From: Camelus dromedarius
Taxonomy: Eukaryota
Direction of reading: 5' to 3'
Length of the DNA: 64,000 nt
Assembly: GCF_036321535.1 (NCBI RefSeq)
Contig: NC_087447.1
Span: 39,682,001-39,746,000 of the forward strand
Shown here: positions 1 to 13,480 of the stretch, one piece after another
Position numbering within the stretch: position 1 is the first letter of the stretch
Layout of the letters: every line of letters starts with the position of its first letter
Translations under genes and position numbers: made by a program
The notes under the pieces: generated by a model
What the model saw: the letters and a program-made list of their open reading frames with translations, nothing else
What the model was told of the DNA's origin: nothing
Database searches by the model: none

Positions 1-97
1 TTACCAGAGTTGCTGGACTAAGAGAGATAACCCCTGAAAAAGCACTTATAAACTGTAAAGCACTGGAGGAGATTTTTTTTCAGTAGGTGTTAAAATG

Positions 98-148
98 CAC
101 ACGCACACACACCCTGCACACACCCACCACACACACACCCACCACACC
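98..148 (+). repeat. Imperfect (CA)/(CACAC) low-complexity repeat
   Basis: gcacacgcacacacacctgcacacacccaccacacacacacccaccacac. Confidence 0.8.
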
Positions 149-339
149 TGTTGCCAATCTTAGAAACACAAGTATAGCTATGACCATAAAAAGGAGCCAG
201 AATGACTTATGGGGAGAAAAGCCATAGAACTAGACATCCGATTGGGAGTAACAGACATTCAGTCACCAGGATAATTGCTGGAGGTCCAGAAATATGAAAA
301 AAGTAATTGTGAAGAGTCTTGTTAAAAATAATGGCCATG

Positions 340-500
340 AACTAGGTGTGTAATTCTTAACGGGTGCCTTAAACCACTCTGTGCCTAGATTCCTTATCTG
401 TGAATGGAGGATAATGACAGTGTCCACGTCACAGGGCTGTTATGAAATTTAAATGACTTAGTTCGTATTTGTAAAGTGCTTAGATCAATGCCTGGCACAT
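340..500 (+). mobile_element. MIR SINE fragment
   Basis: Core ctctgtgcctagattccttatctgtgaatggaggataat...gtaaagtgcttagatcaatgcctggcacat. Confidence 0.85.
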
Positions 501-1630
501 TTCTAATTTGATAGCTAGGTAAGTAGGCAGGTAGGTGGGCAGGCAGGTAAATAAATAAGCAAACAAACAGGAGATAAATTTATGCTCCTCTCTTTTCCAT
601 GACACTTATTCACTCAGATTTTAACTCCTACAGATGAGGGAGCCCTTGGACGACACCTCACACTTCACCTGAGTGGGTGAACACATAGTAAATACTCCAA
701 TTTTTCTATTTTAACCTGGTACCAGCAAGCAGAATACCAGATGTTTCTTCTTTACTGAGTGGGGAAGTGACGGGAGGAGGAGAGAAAAAAATCAAACAGA
801 CTGAGGCTAGATCACCACTATCCGTGCTCACCTCCTAAGTTGGACAGCACTGCCTCGAGACAGCTGACACTAGTCACCACCTCCACAGACCGTGTCCTGT
901 GCCTTCCAAAGAGACAGAGCGCTCAAGGCTTTTCAACATTTGTACCGAAGAAAGAGAAACCAGTGTTGATTTGGTGCCAAACTCAACTGTAAACACAAGG
1001 TGTTTTTGAATCGGTAATTACAGATGACAACGTTGTATTTTTGGCACACACACCGTAAGGCATTCTTGGTTTACACACTTAAATAAATATACCCATCACA
1101 GGTTCCAATTCTCTTCGTGTTTATTTGGCCTTAAAGGCACCAAGCTCCTACTATGTGCAGGGCAGTGCCTTGCAGTAGGCGGGGGAAGACCAGATATAAA
1201 ACCCTAGACCCTGAAGACAAAACTTCCAATAACAACTTTTCCTTATACCCCAAGGTAATACAAGAGTTTCTCCATAAATGACAAAACTCAGTGAGACAAA
1301 CCATTCTGGAAGGTTTTTTTCCTCAATTTAATTCAACAAACACGGAGGGCCTGCTGTGTGCTATCTCCATAGCGCCTTTCATGCTCCCCCAAGGTCCCAG
1401 TCTCGCTAAACAGGTTGCCACCCTTCAGTTAACATCTGTAAGAGGTAAAGTCAGAAATGAAATGCAGTGTGATCTTCCCAGCTCAGATATCCTGTCCTCC
1501 CTGAAATACATTTCCCCGCCAGTTACTGGACTTTTGTGGAAGTAAAAAGAGGACCCTGTATAGACAGAATTCTCAGCCTTAGTACTGAAGAGTGTCCACG
1601 TCCTTCCAGAAATGAGCACCTCCAGGCCCC

Positions 1631-1920
1631 CAGTGGTTCTAGACTTCCATGGTGAATCAGAGTGGACCGCAAAGCTTTTTAAAAACACAATCCTGGCCAC
1701 CTCATCAGAGATCTGATTCAGCTGGCTCGGGGCAAGGCTGCTGTTACTGTTTTCCTCTGTTTGTTTCAAAGTTTCTCAAGTAATTCTAATACACAGTCAG
1801 GGTGGAGAAGCAATGCACTCCCCGAGTCAGGTGTTTCACTAACCTGCATTTCCAACCAGCTCCCGGGTGATGGGATGCCCCGGTGCGTGGATCCCAGCTG
1901 GAGGAGCGAAGCTATAGCGT
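1631..1920. mobile_element. MER5A-type hAT-Charlie MITE (1631-1816) followed by a partial second MER5-type end
   Basis: cagtggttct terminus, internal agatctgattcag, and end gtaattctaatacacagtcagggtggagaagcaatg; then ctgcatttccaaccagctcccgggtgatg. Confidence 0.7.
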
Positions 1921-1959
1921 CCAGGCCTCCATGGTTTTTAATTAGCCCTCTAATAAACC

Positions 1960-2085
1960 AAAGTTTAGTGGAGAGAAAATTAACTGCCTTTGGGGCTAGA
2001 CTGACCAGGGTTACAATTCTGGCCCCAACACTTCATAATTGCAACTGTGGCTGAATTATTAATCCTTTTTAAGCCTGCATCCTTA
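1960..2085 (+). mobile_element. MIR fragment
   Basis: tagtggagaga...ctttggggctagactgaccagggttacaattctggccccaacactt. Confidence 0.65.
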
Positions 2086-2098
2086 AATACCACATGAA

Positions 2099-2567
2099 TA
2101 TTATGGACTAAACTGTGCACCGCCCACCCCACCCTACCTCAAAAAGACATGCTGAAGTCCTAAACTTTTGTACCTCAAAATGTGACCTTCTTTGGAACGA
2201 GAATCCTTACAGACATAATTAATTAGGTCAGTCGGTAACATCCTGGAGGAAGGTGAGCTCTTAGGCAATACGACGGGTGTACTCCTAAGAAGGCAGTGCA
2301 AAGACACACAGGGACCAAACATCACGGGACAACAGACACAAAGACTGGAGACGTGCAGATGCAAGACAAGAAAAGCCAAGGCTGATGGCCACACCAGAAA
2401 CTTAGAGGAAGGCCTGGAATAGATTCTCCCCTGGAGTGGAGAGAGCTTGGCCATGCTGACACCTTGATTTCACACTTTCAGCCCCCACACTGGGAGAGAC
2501 AGATTTCTGTGGTTTTCAGCCACCCTTCTGTAGTCTTTTGCTACAGCAGCCCAAGCAAACTGATACA
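2099..2567 (+). mobile_element. MLT1-family (MaLR) solo LTR
   Basis: Start tattatggactaaactgtg...gaagtcctaa...aatgtgaccttctttgg; end ttttgctacagcagcccaagcaaactgataca. Confidence 0.88.
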
Positions 2568-3284
2568 CTGCAGCACTGGCACCCCCTCTCCGGGCTGCTG
2601 CAAGAAGGAACAGGCTGTAAGGCGTGGTGCTGGCCCTGCTGACCAGCACGGGACAGATTTCCTTCCGCTGTCAGAAGCACCAGGGAACAGCACCAGGAGA
2701 TAACCGTCCCCTCTCAGAGACATGTTCCGGCACCTGGCTTCTCAGAGGGTGTTCAAGGCGGCAGCCACAGCTGTGGGGCTGTTACGTGTCTGAACACCTG
2801 CTCAGACGCTCCCTGTGGGTTGCAGGAGCAGCTCTGCTCTGTTGAGTGTGAACAATTACAGGCCCGGCTGGGTCCCGGAGGCCCACTCTGGCCCAGTAGG
2901 TTCTAGCAGGCAGCCTGCAGTGCTGAGCACAGGGGGAACCCCAAAGTTCAGGGGCCTTCCCAGAGAGGAACAACCAGAGCCTCACATAGGCCCCGGCCCT
3001 CATCCAGAGATGAGGGGGGACTCCAGGTGCCAAATTTATACAGGACACTCCCAAAGCAGTGTACCCCGATCACCCCAAAGTCATCCACACCATTTTTTAA
3101 TACTTTTATATGTGAACACAAAAGTAACACACAGAGACTCCTTTAAAGTCAATCCTCACTCTTCAGAGTGCCCTTGCTCCTATATGAGCTGCTGCCCCCA
3201 GCCTCATTCACTCGGTCATCAGAGAATCACACAGTGATTACTGCACGCATGACAGTACAGAGATGGATGAGGCCTGGAGGGAAA

Positions 3285-3470
3285 AATAATTGCCAAGCAT
3301 TTACTGGGTGCTAAGGCCATGCCAAGTGGATTACATATGTTATTCATTTTACCAATACAGCAAGCCCAGGAAATTAAGTGACATTATATCTACTACTCAG
3401 GGTCACACAGCTAATTAGTAGAAGAGGTAGGATTTGAATTGCTGGTTCCAAGCCCTTCTCACTGTCCCAC
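3285..3470 (-). mobile_element. MIR fragment
   Basis: agcatttactgggtgc...agggtcacacagctaattagtagaagaggtaggatttgaa. Confidence 0.75.
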
Positions 3471-3959
3471 AACTGTTTCCTGACAGACCTGGCCAAGCAA
3501 ACAAAATTTAAGATGGGTTAGGATAGACCAAACCTCATGGTCATTTCACTCCAGGGTCCTAAGAATGAAATGTCTACTTCCATTATCCCCTGTAGTGATC
3601 CAAAACCAATTCTTCAAAGCAGAGCACTGCAGATATACCTGGGATACCCTCAAGAAATGCCCCATGCCCTGACTTTCCAGGTGAGGAAGGGCTTCTGAAG
3701 AGCCGCAATGACTTCACAGTGAGAACGTGACCGCTAGATGTTAGGCGCTCAGCACGATTCTCCCCAGCCTGCTGCACTGCAGACAATCCCTGACCTTGAA
3801 CAAGAAGGAAAAATCATCGGGAAAAGTCTTTTTGGTTCGTGTTCCACATCCTGCATGCCTTTTTTCTAACAAAGTCTTACATCATTATGTCAGTGGGTAT
3901 CTAAAAATGCTTTTTGAAAAAAAAGAGTGAAATGCCAAACTCAGTATCTGCTACATATG

Positions 3960-4620
3960 TGTTTTCACCATCCTACAAATAATAAGACAACACCCTATGG
4001 GAAAAATTGAGGAAAATGTTAAATAGTTAATTTATGAAAGAAAAATAAATACATAATAAACATATACAATAATTTGAGCTCACCTGTAACCACAGAATTA
4101 ACAATGAGATATTTTCTATCTATCAAAATAGTAAAGACATTTTAAAAATTAAATACCCAGCCTTGATTATGGACTGGGGAAATGAGCATTCTCATCACAT
4201 TTTTAGTGGGGTGGACATAGGTATTTGGTAATATTATCATAGCTCTTAAAGAAAATAATCTACCCTTCAACCATGCCATTCCACTTCTTGAAACTGTCTT
4301 AAAGAAATAATCAGGTATATTACCCAAGAGCATTCACTGCAGTCACCTGTGGAAGGGGAAAACTGATTTAATTGCTCCAAAAAAAGGCAACTGGTTCTAT
4401 GATTATAATTCTAGGTAATTTTAAAAAATTACTTTATAGCTATTGCAAAAATCTAAATTATGATCCCAATGTTCAGTTATGTAAAAGAAAATGCTTTTAG
4501 GCATAGAAAAAAATCTAACTAAATATACAACAAAATATTAACTGATTAACTTCCAAATAACAGGAGTTTGATTTTCATTCATTTGTATTGTTCAATTATC
4601 TCTAATATTATAATCAGAGG
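3960..4620 (+). mobile_element. Old L1 (L1ME-like) 3' region fragment
   Basis: A-rich, with L1 motifs tggggaaatgagcattctcatcac and cccttcaaccatgccattccacttct. Confidence 0.65.
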
Positions 4621-4714
4621 GAAAAGAATAAATATGAGTATGTACTTTAAATCTACATACTATTCCCAATTCTAACTTTCACTGTAAGATCATTAGTTTT
4701 AGGTAAGGTAATGG

Positions 4715-4930
4715 AACTAACATTCCTGCATTTATCATGTTCCTTGCATTATACTAGGTTTACATATGTCTCATCTAACCCTCACAGCAACCACATGTGT
4801 TCCATATAACTGCTCCTCTTTAAAGATAAAGTGAGGCTGGGGAACTTGCCCAGCATTGCTCAGCTCTAAGCTAAGCTGTACATATCCCGGGCCTGATGTT
4901 CTAAAATGAGGACACTGTTCTAACAGAGTG
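4715..4930 (-). mobile_element. MIR fragment
   Basis: ctaacatt...tctcatctaaccctcacagcaacc...aagataaagtgaggctggggaacttgccca. Confidence 0.7.
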
Positions 4931-6392
4931 ATGCAGTGGGCGTCCTGACAACCAGTCCACACTTCCATTTCAGGGACCACCACAAGGACAGGACTATAAA
5001 CAAACCTACGTCAAAGAAGGCAAACTAAAGAAAAAAAGCAACAAGTTTTCAGATTTGCCTCAATATTTACATCTAGGCCAAAACTTTCTTCATAGTACTA
5101 TATAGTACACTGAAAAGTACATTGAAATATCTTTCCCCTTACTTTCCTTTTTTGGTGATCCTCGTAATATCCTTAGAACGCCCCACAAACATTTGAGGGG
5201 TCAGTGACAGTTACCTGGAGAGGAAATGCCCCAGAGCAGAGAGGCACTACTTACCCATCAAACAAAGCTCGATGGAAATCTCCTTCAAAACACTCACTCC
5301 CTTTTGTCCTCCTTCTGTACTCAGCAAACCACATTCTAATCGGTGAGATGGTCTCAGTGTCCCCATGCACATGGGGGAGTGCCCTGGTCACTGGCCCAGC
5401 GCCCATCACCCTGCAGCCTGATCTCCCACCAAAGGCACTTCTAAGTTTCAGGAAACATCAGAGTCCATGTCTAGCTCATTTGTTCCTTTGGTATTCTTGT
5501 TATTCCTGTATCTTCAGGTTTCTGTAATTACATGGTGTGGTTCGTGCCCAAGTTTTAGTTTACTTGCTTTGCATATAATAAACATTTCACCTATGTTCTC
5601 CAAATAAATAAGGCTGCTTGCCTTGTGCTTTTTATTGTCTCCCTACAGTCAAATAGCTTTATTCTGCCTATTATTAGGGAAGCATTTTCTCCCATTCCAT
5701 TATAAGTTTATTAAATAAAGAACAGATCTCAAAGGCAAGAAAAGAATTACTTAAAGAATTGGCTTAAATTGATCCCAAGCCTCAATCAAGAGGCCCTCTC
5801 CTTGAGGCTGATACTCACTGAATCCTAAACTTTGCAGACATATCTAAGATGCTCCACTCCCACGTCCAGCCAGCTGTAATCCATCACTGGTTGGAGCCAG
5901 GAAAAAGCGTGCTGATCAGGTATCTCAGTCACAAGAAACCTCTACAATGAGGACCTGCCTGCTCCTGAAACTGACAAGGCCCTTATCAGTACCTTCCAGA
6001 GATATCCCATTACTGCCAGAATCTTCTATCAGACTAGGAATTCATCTTCAAAGTGTTGAGAGCAACTTACATCATAACAGGAAGGGCGTCATCCCATGCT
6101 GATTGGAAGGAATGCAGGAGACCAAAGTCTGGGAGATACCAGATATCTTCAGTTGATAAGCGTTTCTACAGAAGCCCTAAAAGACTCTCTAAATTAGCGT
6201 TCTTAAACACAGACCAAACTTAGGCAGTTCTCTGAAAGTTATAAACGATGAGAGCAGAAGCTAGCTTTTTCCTAGGCGTGAGCCACACATGACAGACCCA
6301 ACAGGAGAGCAGCCATCCCTGGAAAATCTTCTCTACATGATGTCCCAACACCCAGGCCATAACATAAACCACAGCATTCATACATAGTCTGT

Positions 6393-6770
6393 GAGAATAA
6401 TGCTGCCATGAATAGTTGCATAGAAGTCTCTGTGTGGACATCCGTTTTCATTTCTCTTGGGTAGATACCTAGAAATGGATTACTCTATGTTTAACATTTG
6501 GAGGAACCGCCAGACTGTTTTCCAAAGAGACTGAATCATTTTACATTCCTAGTGGCAGTGTATGAGGGTCCCAGTGGTCCCTCACCCTCACCGACATCTA
6601 TTGAGTGTCTGTCATTTCAACAGCAGGCATCCTAGCGGGTGTGAAGGGGTATCTCACGGTGGCTTTAATCTGCATTTCCCTAACGGCTAATGATGCTGAG
6701 CGTCTTTTCATGTGTTTTTTGGTCATTTATCTACCTTCTCTGAAGAGACATCTATTATGATCCACTGGCA
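6393..6770 (-). mobile_element. L1M (L1MB-like) ORF2 C-terminal/3' fragment
   Basis: aataatgctgccatgaa...tttcatttctcttgggtagatacctag...ccagactgttttccaaag...ttaatctgcatttccctaacggctaatgatgctgagc. Confidence 0.9.
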
Positions 6771-7039
6771 ACATCAGTAAAAGTTCGAATCGGTAAATGA
6801 AGACATACAAATGGGTTTCTTTTTACATCCTGAGTGTCTGAGTATTAGGGATACGGGAGGAACAGAACCTGGGGAAATTCCCCTTTGCCAGTTTAAGAGA
6901 ATTGTAAAACTGTCTCTCAGCACAACTCAGGTAAGTGGGCACCATCATCTCCATTTGCCAAACTTAAGCTGTTTACTAAGCACCTACCATGACCAAGGGA
7001 CATGGAGATGAAGACCTGTGAATAACCCTGGAAAATTCA

Positions 7040-7170
7040 CTGCCTATTAACAGAGGAAACAAATCCCAAGAGGTAAACTTGACTTGCCCGAGGTCACTTA
7101 ACCTGAGTGGCAGAGCCCACATCTTGATGTCCGAGCCCACATCTTCTTGATGTCCGAGCCTGAGAGTCAG
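7040..7170 (-). mobile_element. MIR fragment containing a short tandem duplication
   Basis: cagaggaaac...gacttgcccgaggtcac...gagtggcagagc. Confidence 0.7.
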
Positions 7171-8930
7171 TCCCCTTAGGCTAGAAGGCAAAACTCCAGG
7201 CCCTAGCTGTGCTGCAGAGAAGGTCTACTGAAGGAGGGGCGGGAACTTTGGGGCAGCGCTGAACCCCAGGCTCAGCAGCTGCCTCTGGAGGGTAGGACTG
7301 GCACTGGGGGCTGCAGTGCTGGCCTTCCCTGCACCCAGCTGCCAGGCTGGGTCCCCGCAGGGGAATGAGCTGAAACCTGTAGCACGCACACTGCCTCAGC
7401 TCAGGCTGGGGGCTGTCGTCGGTGATGACAGATTTAAACAGCAGAGCAGAGGCTCGCACAGCCTTGGTCCAGCACAGACAGCAAAGCAGCAGGACGCTGC
7501 AGCGCCCCATAGGGGTGCGTCTGCTCCTCTGAGCCCGCTGGGCAGGGGCGGTGTCTGTGCACCAGCTGAGACCCAGGCGGGCCCAACTCACGGCAATGCC
7601 TCCCTGGCCCAGCTGAGCCTGGCTGCACGCCCCACCGGGCTCCGGCCTCCGGACACCTCGTCCTCCTCTCACTCCCCGTCCCCGTTGCAGAAGAGCAGGC
7701 CAGGCACCTCTCAGCTCGTGCGGCTGTTGAAGCTAATTATCAACCTGGCTGAACATCCATCTGGAGGGCGATGTCAAATGCAACCGCACATTTACCAGGA
7801 CCCTGGTTCCCACCTCCCACCTATTCCTGAGACAAACTCTCCCGTCTGCACACTCTGTCTCAAGGCATTCAAAAGATGTTAGCTGCACACCCAGAACTTG
7901 AGGTTGGGTGGCCATGGAAATCATTAAATAATATAAATTGTATAGTTTCTATCAGGAAATGATGAAAGCAGTGCCAATAGGAGCGACATGGGCCACCACA
8001 CACTGACAGCTTGCCGTGGGCCTAAGGACCGGTGGGAGGCGCCTCGTGTAATTGGCACAGCTACTTCAATTATCTCCATTTTAATTTACACAGGGAACTA
8101 AAACTTTGAGAAACCAAGGTCAACCAGCTAGAGGTAGTGATGCTACATCTTGTAACTCTAAAGTGAATGCACTTCTAGCTTGTAATTCCAAAGTGAAGTG
8201 GCAAAAATCTCAGTGCATCTTGGTTGGGGTCTCAATTACATTAAAGTTTACAGTGAATTTTTGTCCCTGCTTAAATTACTAGGATAGGCTGAATCTAAAA
8301 TACTTACTTCTTTAATTACACATTGTAATGCCTGTGTTTCAGTACACACTTCAGTTTATTCAAGCTTTTTTTTTACAGTGCTCACCTGGGAAATTCTGTA
8401 TTCTTAGTGCCCAGCACATAAACTGCCATAGGACAGTCCCCCTCCCAAAAATCTGCATAGTTCTTACTTTAAATATTGACTCAGTCTTAATATAATCTTC
8501 AGAACTCTGGCGAAATAGGCCATTTTTACATTTGGAAGGTCTGCTTTATATATTTTTTAATTGTTTCATTTCTGCATTTTCTCAAATACATTTTATAGAA
8601 AAGTGTGAAAAATATTTATTAATACTATTACTTATCAAAGCTAATTTACCAGTATGCCACTTCTGAGCCAACAGGCTCATCAAAGGTATTTAGAAATATT
8701 TGTCACCCTCTTTAAAACTGTAATTCTCATCATCAAATTTGTCTGACATTTAAAATAATCCTGTATACCAAAAAGCCAAGCTTTCATAGCCTCAGTTTGT
8801 TTCTCCCAAGAACTATTTTATAGAATAAAATACACATAATCCTTAATTTTTACATCCTTTAATTGGAAATGGGAAATGTTTTTTTAATTAGACAACTTCA
8901 GCCAGGTAAAGCAGAGAAAGTTCTACACCA

Positions 8931-9406
8931 CAGATCTTCCTCAACTTAATAGGGTTACTTCCTGATAAACTCATTGTAATTTGGAAATATCATTAAGTCA
9001 AAAGTGCATTTTATATACCTAACCTGCTGAACATCACAGCTTAGCCTAGCCTGCCTTAAACGTGCTCCGAACACTTACATTAGCCTACAGTGGGCAAAAC
9101 TATTTAATACAAAGCCTCCTTTGTAGCAGTGTTGAGCATCTCCTGTAACTGATTGAACACCGCACTGTCAGTGAAAACCAGAATGGCTGTACGGGCACAG
9201 GACGGTTGTGAGCATGTGGGTGGTTCACCCTCGCGGTCAAGCGGCTGACGGAGCTGCGGCTGCCGTGCTGCCCAGCATGAGAGCACCGTACCGCCCATCA
9301 CCAGCCCAGGAAATCAGCAGAATTCAACATTCGGAGGGTGGTTTCTACTGAATGCATCTATCACTTTCACATTATAAAGTTCAAAAACTGTAAGTCAGAC
9401 CGTGTG
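8931..9406 (+). mobile_element. MER47/Tigger5-type (TcMar-Tigger) non-autonomous DNA transposon
   Basis: cagatcttcctcaactta terminus; gcttagcctagcctgccttaaacgtgctc, cttacattagcctacagt, gctgcccagcat, tttctactgaatgc; end taagtcagaccgtgtg. Confidence 0.85.
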
Positions 9407-9909
9407 ACTCTTCTCTCTCCTTTTCAAAGACTGGAAACGAAAGACACGCTTTCAAGCCCTTCAGCTCTCAAACAACTTAAACTGGTTAATTAGTACAAAG
9501 AAAAACAACTTCCTCCTACACCAACAAAAAACTGATATATTTTCACTAAATTATCATTTTGAATCTGAAAACTCCAGACGTGTACGTGATATTCAGCAAG
9601 TCATTACCCTTTCTCTCAAGTTTAATAGGAAACATTAAGGACTTGTCCCTCAAACCAGATACATCACACAGTGGTTGGCTAAAAAGGGGACAGGTAATGA
9701 CAACATACCCCTCCCTTCTTCACTAGGAATATTCCATTCAAATGGGGAAGAAAGTAAAGTTAGGAGAACAGAAGTCCAAGAGCCTATAAATGCTGCCGCG
9801 TCCAGGGGGCAACATTCCTTTATTCCACGACAAGCTTGCATCTCAAGGCCCACAGCTAACTCCCTGAGCATGGGGTGGGGGTCCAGGACCCTGCCTGGCT
9901 TTTGGTCTT

Positions 9910-10438
9910 TTCTCCACCAGCAGCCAGGGACTCTTTTTAAACCTGATCAGATCACACCCAGGCCCTGGCCCCACACCCTCTAATCCCTACCACCCCCGCA
10001 GCGAAAGCCAAAACCTTCACAGAGGCCTCCGGCGCTCCACAGACCCTGTACCCGTGACCCTGTGGGCTCAGCTCCTCCACCTTTCCCCGCTGCTGGCCAC
10101 TCCAGCCAGACTGGCCCTCAGGCTCCTCAAACACACGAGGCACAAGGGCTTTGCCGTGCATGTGCCCTCCTCTGCCAAGAACGCTCTTGCCCAAACGTCT
10201 GCTTGGTCTGTACCCTCCAGCCCTCATCTCCTTCAGATGCAACCCTCCCAGCCCCTTTCCTCTTTATCACTTTCACCATCTCACTAACTCGTCTTTCTTA
10301 CTCTTAGCCCCACTAGACGTAAGGTCCACGAGGTCAGGAACTCCCATTGCACTTGCTCACTGCCACGTCCACAGTGCCTAAAGCAGGACACCACCGGCAC
10401 TCCATAGATACCTGTCGCATGAAGGCAGCCCTGTGAAT
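9910..10438 (+). mobile_element. L2 LINE 3' end
   Basis: cagcagccagggactctttttaaa...cagatcac...ctcctcaaacac...ccccactagacgtaaggtccacgagg...tgctcactgc. Confidence 0.8.
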
Positions 10439-11400
10439 GGGTTCACCACACTCCAGAGGAAAGCAGCATCTGGCCAGGCTCTACTAACCAGGGCTGCCAT
10501 ACAAAATACAACCACGGCATGGGATAAACATACACAAAACGTTATTCTTTGTTTATCTGCAATTCCATTTTCCCCCCTAGGCCTCACTCCAGAATGGTCA
10601 ATTCCAGGTCTTCCAGGTCACGGGGCAAGGCAGAGGTCCAAGGACACCACCAAAGGGCCAGGGGAATAGCCACTTCCTCTCCCAGGCCCTCCAGGATCCA
10701 GGTCCTGCCAGCTTTGGGCAGAAAAACGGGCCCGTGCAGGCTGAGGAAGCCACCAGGCAGAGCGTTCATCTCAGCCTCCTCTGCTCTCAAACAGGAACAC
10801 CTTCTTTTCCTAAATCCCCATTTGGCCTCGTCTCAGAGAAACCCAGATGCTCATGTTCCCTCCCACCCTCCTCTGTGGCTGTGGAAACATACAGACAGAG
10901 CATAAACAAGTCACTAACGCCCCGGGTCGCCCGCACTCCTGCAGTCGCCCAGAGCCCCTGGCTCCCCGCCAGGGTCAGAAGATTGCGTGGCTGCGTTTCT
11001 GAGCTCTGTACAGGGCCACAGGCTCTCAGAATAGGGGGCTTCTCTCGTTATCAGTATGTCACCAGCAGGCCACCTCTGTGACATGTGAGAAAACTGAATG
11101 TATATGACAATTTAAAGCTTAGAATAAAAATAAGTTAGTAAAGTAAGACATGCCCACAGTATCCATATCAAGGTTCTGAATAGTCATGGATTTTCAGATA
11201 CATGCTCCCCATGGTTCTTCCCAAGTTTCCCATCTCCTGAGCCTTCCAACGTGAGAGATCCCTGAGGTTTCTGTTCTGTAAACCAAATCTCAAAGGACCA
11301 GGTTCCTGGCATCCAAAGTCAGGTGGCTCATGGGGAAAGACAGTGAGGGAGGACCACCAAGGTGGGGATAAGAACTGAGCCCTAAGTGCACATACCAGGA

Positions 11401-11515
11401 AGGAGATCATACACCCTGGTTTACCTGGGAAGGTCCCATTTTATTTCTGCTTAACACTGCTCCATTTTATTCTCATAAGTGTCTTAGTTCGGGTATTATG
11501 TTATATGGTCAAACT
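11401..11515. mobile_element. MER94-like hAT-Blackjack MITE
   Basis: catacaccctggtttacctgggaaggtcc...ttctcataagtgtcttagtt...ttatatggtcaaact with degenerate terminal inverted repeats. Confidence 0.65.
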
Positions 11516-12589
11516 GGGAATGACCTTTGCACCCTGAAGCAATCTATGGGACAGGAGGGAACAGCCATGTAGGAGCAGCTGCGATCATGCTGGACCAGCT
11601 CGCCCCCAGGACTGGAACTGGGGACAGGGCATCTGTGGGCAGCAGCTTCCAATATGAAAACCGAGACAGGGCGGATGGCTCCGGAGCACTCCAGCTCCAA
11701 ATGCTAGGAGAGCAGCTGGGAGAGGTGCTTGTCCTCCCCTCCCACTGGGCCTGCAGAGAGCACATGCAGGCCCACACGTCCCTCACGGTTCCCAGGCACA
11801 GGCCACCAGAAGCCCGTCCCTGGCCCAGAAGCATCCTCACATTAGGGTGTCAAGTGACTGAAAAGTTGGTCTTTGATCTGACACAGAGAGAGGGCAGGCC
11901 CTGCTTCTTCTGACAGCTCACACCTACTGCCTCTGGGTTTTCTCCAGTTTTCTCGACCCTCAGGCTGGCCCCAAGAGAGCAAATTGAAGCAGATACCGAA
12001 AGGACGCTGATACCCCAGGCTCCCCGACACCCCGGCAGGCATGTCACCGTGTGCACAGCACACTGCAAGTCCGTGCTTCTTAGCTGTAGGAGCTACAGCT
12101 AAGAGGGCAGCCGATGCCTGACAATTGAAGCTGCTGAAGGAAACGCAGCCGCACTCCCAGGGAGTCTGAGAGGAAGGAAATCACACTTCAGGCAGAGACC
12201 AGAGTTGGCTTAAGGAAAAGGAAGGATCACACTGGATTGGGTTCCAACTCATTAATACCCTGGGGAGCCACAGACTAGAACATGCCAAGACATTCAGCAC
12301 CCCATTAACCTACAAAAAAAATTATATGCATTTCCATCAGCACACCATCGAGGGACAAACTTAAATACTCCAGCATACTTAACACAATAAAAATGCAGGA
12401 ATTCAGGGTCCCCTGTTCCAGCATTTGTAAGGTTTTATGTGACACGCAAGATGCTTACTAAGACGTTCACAGGAGTGTTGAGTTGGGGGTTGAGATATTG
12501 ACTCAGTGCTTCAAATTGGTTCTCTCCTCAGTCTTCCTTCCTCTTTGCCTTTTTTCTGTCACCTAGACAATCTTCAAGGTTTCTGCTCC

Positions 12590-13300
12590 AAATCCTGAGA
12601 TGTTATCTTCCAAACTGTTCTCAACCCAGAATGCTGAATTTCCAAGTGCGTGCCTGCTGGTTCCCCCTACATGGGGAGCCCCAAAGTCCTGCAAATTCCA
12701 TACAACTCAAACTCATGACTCCAGTTCTACCCCACAGAGCCTACTCTTCCATGCTATACACCTTCTTGTCTCTATAAATGCACAGCTGCCCACAGAGATA
12801 AAACACCTTCATCTCTTTCCCTACGTCAAATCCTACCGAGCCTTCTGATCTTTAATATCTCTTAATACCTCATCACTAATACACTGATCTGAATCACCTT
12901 TCCCACTCTATCCCCTCCTTATCACTCCCATAGCCTCTGACCGAGATCAAGTCCTCCTCCTCTCCTGCCTGGAGTACTGCAGTAGCCTCCTGCTAAGTCA
13001 TCAGTTCTCCAGAATAACTCTCCTCAAACATTAGTCGACTATCCTAAAACAATAGCTTCTCCACCCTCTTCTAGAAATGTGCTACTTGCACAGAAAAGTT
13101 GATACTCAGTGCCCCAAAGCAATCGCCTGGCAAGTTACTCCATTTTCTCTCATTCTACTTTTCCCAGCTCATAAGCCAGTCCACTTCATCCATCCTTCTC
13201 AGCACTCCACACTCTAGCTCTACCAGGCCCCTTGAGAACATGTGTGCTTTCACACCTGTCTTCAGCTCTCTTCCTCGTCTACTTCATCCATCCCTGAAAG
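12590..13300 (+). mobile_element. Degenerate L2 fragment
   Basis: C/T-rich, with tctcctgcctggagtactgcagtagcctcct and caactcaaactcatga motifs. Confidence 0.65.
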
Positions 13301-13304
13301 TCAG

Positions 13305-13480
13305 TCTTAGCAGTCAAATAGATTTGGGAGGTTTTTGAGTCCTAGCTCCTCCACTCAGTACCATGTGACCCTAAACATCAGAAAAGCAGCTCACTTGGTT
13401 TTCACCAACACTGAAATGGGAAATTCCCTCCTTGGTGGATCCTTGGAAAAAATACCATGAGATGTGTCAGCAAATACATG
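13305..13480 (+). mobile_element. MIR fragment
   Basis: agtcaaataga...ttgagtcctagctcctccactcagtaccatgtgacc...tgaaatggga. Confidence 0.6.
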
